Made by a program: the position numbers and the translations under genes
In this document: in pieces, positions 18,182-24,964 of the stretch
How positions within the stretch are numbered: position 1 is the stretch's first letter
How the letters are laid out: each line of letters opens with the position of its first letter
Notes under the pieces: generated by a model
Told to the model about the DNA's origin: nothing
What the model saw: only the letters and a program-made list of their open reading frames with translations
Database searches by the model: none
Assembly (NCBI RefSeq): GCF_900167395.1
Contig: NZ_FUWK01000028.1
Span: 1 to 32,000, forward strand
From: Nitrosomonas europaea
Lineage (GTDB): Bacteria; Pseudomonadota; Gammaproteobacteria; Burkholderiales; Nitrosomonadaceae
Length of the DNA: 32,000 nucleotides
Direction: 5' to 3'

Positions 18182-19057
18182 CTAAGCCGATTGTTTTTTT
18201 GCCACAACCAGCCTGGATCCACCGACGGGATAATTCATCCCAAGCCTAATCCCTGCAAGCTCTAACATCATTAAACCGTAAAAAACCTTATTCAAAGCTG
18301 CGTTGATTTTAAGTTCGCCGGCAGGATCGAAATCTTTTGTTTTTCGCTTCTGCAAGACTCGTGAAAGCATCATTACTGGCAAAAGGCTCGTTACAAAAGA
18401 ACTGCTCCTTAAAAGCTCAAAACCGGCGGTCAAAACCTTCTGCTCGATCTCGACACGCGTGTATCGGCGCACATGGCAGGCATAGTCGTCAGAAGCGCTC
18501 CACAACCGGGGATGCTGAGGAACGGTTAGCAGCAAAACACCACTAGGCTTAATGGCGTTATGAAGTTGAGCCAGGACAGTTTCATCTTCTTCGATGTGTT
18601 CCAGCACATCAAAGGCGCCAATGGCATCAAACTCTTCCACAAAAGGCACCCGACGAGCATCCATCTGCATGAAATGTGTGGAGGGAACGCGTTTAGCCGC
18701 ATGAAATAAGCCAGCCAAAAAAATCTCACTGCCATTTAATGCTATTTCAGGGCAGGCACGAGCGATACCCGACAGAACAAAGCCAGTACCACAACCCACC
18801 TCCAAAAATGCGCCAGCGTTTGGCTTGTAGGTGCGCAGCGCCCAGAGAATAAGCTCGTTACGCGCCCGAAACCAGAAATTACCCGCCTCTAATCTGGATA
18901 GCTCTGAGAAGTATTCAGGCTTAAAACCTCCGCCACCATGTGCAAACTCAGAGGCATGAGCCTCTATTCCGTTCAAGCGTTCTGGCTGATAACCGCATGA
19001 AGGACAGGCCCAATCGGCAGAAGAGAAGAAATTTTCGCACTGAAGACAAACTTTCAT
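18182..19057 (-). CDS. Class I SAM-dependent methyltransferase with N-terminal zinc ribbon
   Basis: 'CLQCENFFSSADWACPSCG' (CxxC..CxxC), SAM motif I 'LEVGCGTGF', 'AFDVLEHI'. The C-terminal tail is hydrophobic/amphipathic. ATGA overlap with GtrA. Confidence 0.8.
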   Translation of the reverse strand: MKVCLQCENFFSSADWACPSCGYQPERLNGIEAHASEFAHGGGGFKPEYFSELSRLEAGNFWFRARNELILWALRTYKPNAGAFLEVGCGTGFVLSGIARACPEIALNGSEIFLAGLFHAAKRVPSTHFMQMDARRVPFVEEFDAIGAFDVLEHIEEDETVLAQLHNAIKPSGVLLLTVPQHPRLWSASDDYACHVRRYTRVEIEQKVLTAGFELLRSSSFVTSLLPVMMLSRVLQKRKTKDFDPAGELKINAALNKVFYGLMMLELAGIRLGMNYPVGGSRLVVAKKQSA

Positions 19058-19488
19058 GAGGGAACTCCTTCGGATTCTGCCGCACTCTGCGCAAATACAA
19101 AAAACCGCGACATAACAAACAGAAAGATGGCCACCACGATGATTGCTATCGCCTGTACGATTTGATGCGGAAAACCTAACCAGTCCACAAACAACAGCAG
19201 CAAAACTAAATTCAGCAGATAGCCTGCAACTTGCGCCAGCAGGTAACGGACACCGGTAACGCCAATATGTCCGTCATGTCGAAAAGTATAACGTCGATTG
19301 GCGAAAAACCCAATTGATGCCCCTACGAAGTACAGAGCCGTCATCGTTATCTTGGGAGCGTCCCATAAATAGGTCAGGAGGAGGTAAAAGGCATAACCTA
19401 AAACATTTGTCAGAATGCCAATCAATGCATAGCTAAACAATTGCCGAAATGTTTTTCGAATGGACAAGATTCCAGAATCAGCATTCAT
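19054..19488 (-). CDS. GtrA-family membrane protein (polyprenyl-phosphate-sugar translocation family)
   Basis: 144 aa, four hydrophobic segments, 'FFANRRYTF' GtrA signature. ATGA overlap at both ends. Confidence 0.8.
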   Translation of the reverse strand: MNADSGILSIRKTFRQLFSYALIGILTNVLGYAFYLLLTYLWDAPKITMTALYFVGASIGFFANRRYTFRHDGHIGVTGVRYLLAQVAGYLLNLVLLLLFVDWLGFPHQIVQAIAIIVVAIFLFVMSRFFVFAQSAAESEGVPS

Positions 19489-20270
19489 TTTTCTTCTCTA
19501 AGATTTAAGCTGATATATATTTTTTGTCCTGATTCGTCATCTATAACGTATGCATTTTTTGAGTCTTCAAAAAATGCCAGTCCGCGAAGAAGATTAAAAA
19601 ATTCTACCCCCTGATAACTCTTGTTAAGATCTATCAGGCAGGTTTTTTCAAACTTTTCCCTGGAATAATAGTCGCCCCTTGCCCCCTTCTTTTTTTGCGT
19701 ATCCCTAAGACGGCTACCCAAGTCATAGGTCAGAAGTCGCTCTATTAATTCGTCAAAATGATGGCAAACTATATCATCGAGCCTTGACTGCAATGTTCTA
19801 GCCGTGTCGCTTAGATGTACAGGAACTTCAACTTGCATGAAAATTTCACCATCATCAATTTCTTCGTTGACGAAGTGGTAGGTGAACCCTGTTCTACGCT
19901 CTCCATTGATGATGGCCCAGTTCACGGGATAAACACCACGATATGACGGGAGTAGGCTGTAATGGAGATTTAACACGCCCTGCTTTGGAAGGCTAATTAA
20001 ATCAATGGGAATGATATGCTTCCAGCTCAAAAGCAAAAACCAATCAGCCTGCCGAATCAAACGATCAACCGAGAAAGGCGCCTCATACACAAGCAGAGGG
20101 ATATTTGCCTTCATACATATCTCGCGTACACCAGGCCACCATGCTTTTCCATTTTCGCGAGTCGTGACAACAACTGGAATTTCAAAGCGACTGGCATCAG
20201 AGTGCGTAACAAGCTTTTGAAGAAGCCTATAGCCTATCTCATGATCGACGAAAGGGACTATGCGTTGCAT
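19485..20270 (-). CDS. Sugar N-formyltransferase (Formyl_trans_N fold, ArnA-N/VioF/WbtJ-like)
   Basis: 'NLHYSLLPSYRGVYPVNWAIINGERRTGFTYHFVNEEIDDGEI' is the HxSLLPxxRG...D catalytic signature of N10-formyl-THF transferases. The gene is very AT-rich: 27% and 40% GC in the two 60-nt lines at 19501-19620. Confidence 0.85.
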   Translation of the reverse strand: MQRIVPFVDHEIGYRLLQKLVTHSDASRFEIPVVVTTRENGKAWWPGVREICMKANIPLLVYEAPFSVDRLIRQADWFLLLSWKHIIPIDLISLPKQGVLNLHYSLLPSYRGVYPVNWAIINGERRTGFTYHFVNEEIDDGEIFMQVEVPVHLSDTARTLQSRLDDIVCHHFDELIERLLTYDLGSRLRDTQKKKGARGDYYSREKFEKTCLIDLNKSYQGVEFFNLLRGLAFFEDSKNAYVIDDESGQKIYISLNLREEK

Positions 20271-20273
20271 CGT

Positions 20274-20912
20274 TCACGCCTTCCTTATCAGAATTGTGAA
20301 CTCATAAAGCCCATAGTCATGAAGTAACGCGACTTGGCGGGAATAGCGGCGCTTGCATAAATCAAACAATCGACACGGGTCAGCATAATAGAGATAGTCG
20401 CGCTTTTTGTCCTCGTCGGAGTAAGAAGTCAGGCAGTTGAAAGCGAATCCAAGACTGCTGGTTCGGTTCAGTACGTCCAATGTACCCAGCAGATAGTCAA
20501 ACCACTCAGCATCCGTTCGCTCCAGACGCACATTGAAAATGCCGCTGGCGACACCATAGTCCGCCACTTGGTCTGGTTCAGTTGAGGTGATAAAGCGAGC
20601 TTGATTGGCGGCAGTGTGTCGCTGCCTGGCAGCTTTGATCATTTCGTGGGAAACATCCACCCCGAGGTATATACAGGCTGCATACTTGTCTCGCAGATAG
20701 TCCAGCAATGCGCCATAGCCACAACCCAGGTCGTTCAAGGAAAAACCAGGCATCTTCTTCGGGTCAATCACTTTACAGAGCTGCTCAAATCGAATCGTTT
20801 GGCTTTCTTCACCATTCCAGTCGACCCCGCGAGGCGTATCACCATGTTCCGCAAGTTTTTCAGCGTAATACGTTGCAACTTCGTCGAGCAGCTTAGTCTT
20901 GTTGTTTTGCAT
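20274..20912 (-). CDS. Class I SAM-dependent methyltransferase
   Basis: Motif I 'LNDLGCGYGALLDYL', post-I 'YLGVDVS'. 212 aa. Overlaps the GT2 gene end by 20 nt. Confidence 0.75.
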   Translation of the reverse strand: MQNNKTKLLDEVATYYAEKLAEHGDTPRGVDWNGEESQTIRFEQLCKVIDPKKMPGFSLNDLGCGYGALLDYLRDKYAACIYLGVDVSHEMIKAARQRHTAANQARFITSTEPDQVADYGVASGIFNVRLERTDAEWFDYLLGTLDVLNRTSSLGFAFNCLTSYSDEDKKRDYLYYADPCRLFDLCKRRYSRQVALLHDYGLYEFTILIRKA

Positions 20913-21822
20913 AAATCTGCCTCACGATGGTATAGGGGCGCTGCTTGGTTTCCGAGAATATCTTGGATAAGTAGATGCCCACCACACCAATGAAAGAGAT
21001 AATCATCCCACCAAGAAGCCAAATAGAAGCCATTACGGATGTCCATCCGGCTAAAGGTTTTGCCAAGAAAAGCCAGTGAGTAACCAGATAAGCGATATAA
21101 GCCAAAGCAAACAACGAGATCGATATACCGATATAAAAAATGCTGACCAGTGGGGTGTTACTGAATGATGTCACCGAGTTGACCAGCAAGGACATTTTTC
21201 TGCGGAAGGTGTATGTGGTCTCGCTAGTATTGTGCTTTTTGATGACATAAGGGCGCTGGTCAAACCCGGTGATGTACCACAAGCCCGCCATAAAAACTTC
21301 CCGCTCTTCATGGCGCAGCAAAGCATTAACGTACCGACGAGTCATCAGGCGCGCGGTGACAACATTTTCCGGCAATGCAAGACCCGTCAGTGCTTTGAAA
21401 AAGCGATAGAACCACTGTCCACTCCAGCGCTCAAACCAGCTCCCTTTTCTGCGTTCCTGAATTCCGTACACCACATCACAACTCTCCTGCTCCATCTGCT
21501 GCACGAATGTCTCTAGCCATTCAGGCTCCTCCTCCAGGTCGCTATCAATCAAAAAAACTCGCTCCCCCTTTGCGTGCGCCAAGCCAGTCATCATCGCCTT
21601 GTGGTGTCCAAAATTACGCGACAAATCAACAACAACAACGTGCGAATCCTGCTCCGTGAGTTTGACGGCCAGATCCAAGCTGTTGTCTGGTGATCCGTCG
21701 TTTACAAGAACTATTTCGTAATCGTCCCCAACCAGCCGCCTTGCCGTGGCACTCGCACGCTCGTGAAATTCATTGATGTAGGGCGCAGACTGATAAAGAG
21801 TTGCGACGATCGAGAGCTTCAT
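20893..21822 (-). CDS. GT2 polyprenyl-phosphate glycosyltransferase (ArnC/GtrB/CsbB/DPM1-like)
   Basis: 'LSIVATLYQSAPYI', 'IVLVNDGSPDNS', 'LSRNFGHHKAMMTGLAHAKGERVFLIDSDLEEEPE', plus two C-terminal TM helices. This is the standard ArnC/GtrB architecture. Confidence 0.9.
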   Translation of the reverse strand: MKLSIVATLYQSAPYINEFHERASATARRLVGDDYEIVLVNDGSPDNSLDLAVKLTEQDSHVVVVDLSRNFGHHKAMMTGLAHAKGERVFLIDSDLEEEPEWLETFVQQMEQESCDVVYGIQERRKGSWFERWSGQWFYRFFKALTGLALPENVVTARLMTRRYVNALLRHEEREVFMAGLWYITGFDQRPYVIKKHNTSETTYTFRRKMSLLVNSVTSFSNTPLVSIFYIGISISLFALAYIAYLVTHWLFLAKPLAGWTSVMASIWLLGGMIISFIGVVGIYLSKIFSETKQRPYTIVRQIYAKQQD

Positions 21823-21944
21823 TTGAACAGTTGATCAAGGTTGAATGGGATATGTACTGCCAACAACCACCAAAAGGTGTGCTCAATCAACACAATCCCT
21901 TACGATTGGTTAGTTCGCCAGTAACCAGGCTGTGCAAGATCTTG

Positions 21945-22277
21945 TCATGGGTCAGTTTGCGCGTTGCAAGTGAGCGCACTTGCAGCAATGATGGCATCTG
22001 GCAGCTTTACGCGGTGGCTACGACGCAAACCAATAACCATATCTTCAATCTCTTTGGTCAGGGGCAGATACTGGAGGCAGGCCAGTTTTCCACTAATCAG
22101 AATTTCTTCTTCCGCAGTCAATCCCGGAAAGCCCAGTAACTCCATACGAGTGATTGCGCTATAGCCGCAACGCCGGGTATCAATCTGCTGATTACTGATC
22201 ATGGACAATGTTTCAGGATTGGATTTCAATAGCCCAAGAATAAAGTTGGTATCAAGCAGCCAGTCAATCCCATTCAC
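21945..22277 (-). CDS. vapC: PIN-domain toxin (VapC-like), possibly C-terminally truncated
   Basis: A GTG at 22275-22277 overlaps the antitoxin stop (GTGAATGGGATTGA). '(M)NGIDWLLDTNFILGL' carries the first acidic residue, with 'ITRMELLG' and 'LPDAIIAASAL' further on. The ORF ends abruptly at 'NAQTDP'. Confidence 0.7.
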   Translation of the reverse strand: MNGIDWLLDTNFILGLLKSNPETLSMISNQQIDTRRCGYSAITRMELLGFPGLTAEEEILISGKLACLQYLPLTKEIEDMVIGLRRSHRVKLPDAIIAASALTCNAQTDP

Positions 22278-22485
22278 GGCGCAGTGCCTCCTGTACTGCC
22301 AACGGTTCCCCGGCAAAGCAGGCTGAATGTTCCAGCCCACCGGCCATATCAATCAGCCGGAAAGGCTCATCTGGTTGCGGAAGCATGTTCTTCTGGTGTA
22401 GAAATTCGGCAAAATCCAGCAACTCTGCCAGAGCAGCAGGTGGTAGCGTACTACTGAGTTTGTAAAGCCGTTCGATTGTTGACAT
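22264..22485 (-). CDS. Antitoxin, DUF2281-like
   Basis: 'MSTIERLYKLSSTLPPAALAELLDFAEFLHQK' resembles the DUF2281 N-terminus commonly paired with PIN toxins. AAGAGGA lies 7 nt upstream of ATG 22485. The track ORF extends to a TTG at 22503. Confidence 0.6.
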   Translation of the reverse strand: MSTIERLYKLSSTLPPAALAELLDFAEFLHQKNMLPQPDEPFRLIDMAGGLEHSACFAGEPLAVQEALRREWD

Positions 22486-22562
22486 TGTCATTCCTCTTTC
22501 CAACGTATCGTATCGATTATCCGATCAAATTTCCTGCTCGTCATATCGAAATGATCGTGAGA

Positions 22563-23255
22563 TTATTCCACATACTTCATATAACGCTTCGCGTTCTTCC
22601 CGCAATTGAGCAACAAATCAAGAATGGTAACGCCATGTGTGAATTCCCCCCAGAGTTGCTGATATTCCGGATACCCGATGTAATCAAACCAGGTGAGTTT
22701 GATGCCATTCTCTTTAAAAACCTGCTCATCCACGTAATCTTTTGCCGCCGGGCCTGAGATGTACTCAGTGCCACCAGCCTGCACACAAAGGTCAGCAAGG
22801 CGTTCGGTCTTGCCATCGAGCAGGGTGTAATCCCATGAATTTTTAATTACCGTCTTGATCCCCAGGTAGTTACAGATAGCTTCAATAAATCTCCTGTTCA
22901 ATTGTGAAATATGGGTGAAGGTCTCTGCGAGATAGAGTGGCTCCAGCCATGCAGCAATCTCAGTAAAATGCGGTGAACGACGATAGTTCTGCACCAAGGC
23001 TTTCCAATGCGCAGCTGCCCAATCAGTACCGTCGATTTCGGTCTCGCGAATCTTTTGATGGTATTTACCCTTCACCAGAACCGGAACCGTGAGCCACTGA
23101 ACACCTTGAGGTGTTTTGATCTGATTACGATTTCGCCAATCGCGGCGCGTATATTGCATATCATCGTAGAGGATGAACTCATCTACGGCAGCAATCATAT
23201 CGAAGTAACCCTTCCACGGTATGTAGTTGGATTGCACGATGGCGACTTTTTTCAT
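22563..23255 (-). CDS. WbqC-family protein (function unknown; found in O-antigen/amino-sugar clusters)
   Basis: '[47 protein letters not shown]' is the characteristic WbqC-like N-terminus. ATGA overlap with the upstream membrane-protein gene. Confidence 0.75.
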   Translation of the reverse strand: MKKVAIVQSNYIPWKGYFDMIAAVDEFILYDDMQYTRRDWRNRNQIKTPQGVQWLTVPVLVKGKYHQKIRETEIDGTDWAAAHWKALVQNYRRSPHFTEIAAWLEPLYLAETFTHISQLNRRFIEAICNYLGIKTVIKNSWDYTLLDGKTERLADLCVQAGGTEYISGPAAKDYVDEQVFKENGIKLTWFDYIGYPEYQQLWGEFTHGVTILDLLLNCGKNAKRYMKYVE

Positions 23256-24835
23256 TGTCCTGCGTTTCTCGTTTTATAGATTTGATACGCTGGATTATGT
23301 GAATTTGGCACCAATTCAAAATTGTTCAGGATAAATTGGTAAATTAACGGATGTGTATTTTTAAAACGCAGCTCGTCACGACCATCAAGAGGCAGATCAA
23401 AAATAAACGCAAAACCAGGGTCAGATGCCTTGATGCGTTCGATCTCTTTTTTCTCGAATGCTCCTGTGCGGGGAAATAATGCATAAATCTCCCACATGGG
23501 CGACCTTCGCTCCAGCAAAGCATAAGCACCAGGCCAAAAGGGTGTGGCAATAAAAGACCGTCCATCTGGAGCGAACTGATCAGTCAATTGATGGAGCAAT
23601 GCAATGTCACTCGCCGTATTTGGATCGACCTGGAGATACTTGCCAGATATATCCACATTGACGCACTGTTTGCTTGCCAGGCATTGCCACCCAGGGTGAA
23701 ACACATGCATCACCCAGAAGCTTGTCATAAATAGACCAGCAGCAAGAACCCACTTTGTTTTGCTGGACGCACTTGACGCTATGGCCAGAATCCCGATCAA
23801 AAGTGGGAATATACCTTGAGCAAGGTGCCCAACGTCAGCGCGAGAAAACGCGTAATGCGCATAAGGAAGCGCGAGAAATGCTGATGCGACCAACACTGGC
23901 GGTAAGGGCTTTTCCTTCAATCCTCGATAAACGACCCATATAACTGAAAGCCCCCCAAAGATTAGGGTTCCAATAAAGAAAATACCGATCAATACACCCC
24001 GCGCAGCATCACCGATAGAAGAGGCAGCAAAGTTGATTGTCCACGGCCAGGGCACGGGTAGTGGCAAATTAGTGGCTTTTTGTTCAAACAAAAATCGCAC
24101 ACTTTCCCAGAATGCAACTGCAAAACCTGGAATCAGGAGCGCCATGAAAATAATAGGGAGAAAGCCGATCGTAACCCCTACACTCCAAAGTACAAACCCT
24201 TTCAAAAATCCGGTATCAGAACGGTTCCTGATATTGAGCCAAGCGATAACACCAAGGCTACCTACAGCACCGTAAACGCCATGATTACGACCAAAAACAG
24301 CAATCAATCCGACACAGATGCCAGCAATAAGATAGCGTTTGGGAATGGGGTTTGAAACAAGATAAGTCAGAATTCCGATCAGAAATATAGAGATGGAAAT
24401 ATCGAAAAGCTTGTGGCGTGGAAACATCCATAACACCAGTATCGCTGCAGAGATTATCCAGAAGAGAATATCAGCTTTATCTCTGCTCTTTGTCGACTGC
24501 GCAATCAACAACAAACCAACGAATAAGCCGAGGCACTGGAAAACAGCCACTGCTATACGGACACTCATAATACCGTTGTCACCAGCAACACTCAGTAGTG
24601 CTGCAACCCAGTAATAACGACCGGGATCATAGGACATAAAATCACGAATCGGGATTTCACCCAGCAAAACTCGCTGGACGCCGTACCACAGATAGCCTTC
24701 ATCCCACAAGTTAAAGCCCTTGTTACCCTGCCAAATAAACAGTAAAAAGATGACAAGGCATGAAATCGTCAGAATCTGGATTAGTCTATATTTATTGTTT
24801 TGTATTTCTGGCTCATCCATATACGCATCCGGCAC
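23252..24835 (-). CDS. Polytopic membrane protein; putative GT-C glycosyltransferase (ArnT/PMT-like)
   Basis: About 12 hydrophobic segments. The first extracytoplasmic loop, '[34 protein letters not shown]', has an acidic DE motif where GT-C enzymes carry theirs. About 150 C-terminal residues are soluble. Start is GTG 24835 or ATG 24820. Confidence 0.45.
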   Translation of the reverse strand: MPDAYMDEPEIQNNKYRLIQILTISCLVIFLLFIWQGNKGFNLWDEGYLWYGVQRVLLGEIPIRDFMSYDPGRYYWVAALLSVAGDNGIMSVRIAVAVFQCLGLFVGLLLIAQSTKSRDKADILFWIISAAILVLWMFPRHKLFDISISIFLIGILTYLVSNPIPKRYLIAGICVGLIAVFGRNHGVYGAVGSLGVIAWLNIRNRSDTGFLKGFVLWSVGVTIGFLPIIFMALLIPGFAVAFWESVRFLFEQKATNLPLPVPWPWTINFAASSIGDAARGVLIGIFFIGTLIFGGLSVIWVVYRGLKEKPLPPVLVASAFLALPYAHYAFSRADVGHLAQGIFPLLIGILAIASSASSKTKWVLAAGLFMTSFWVMHVFHPGWQCLASKQCVNVDISGKYLQVDPNTASDIALLHQLTDQFAPDGRSFIATPFWPGAYALLERRSPMWEIYALFPRTGAFEKKEIERIKASDPGFAFIFDLPLDGRDELRFKNTHPLIYQFILNNFELVPNSHNPAYQIYKTRNAGQ

Positions 24836-24964
24836 TAAAATGCCATTGTAATCTACAGCAAAGAGAGCGTCACCTTCTCACGGATTGTTGCGAATGGCAT
24901 CAGCACGTTGCACTGGCCATCCACCAGGGTCCATAGACAAGAACAAGTAATAGCACTGCAAATA

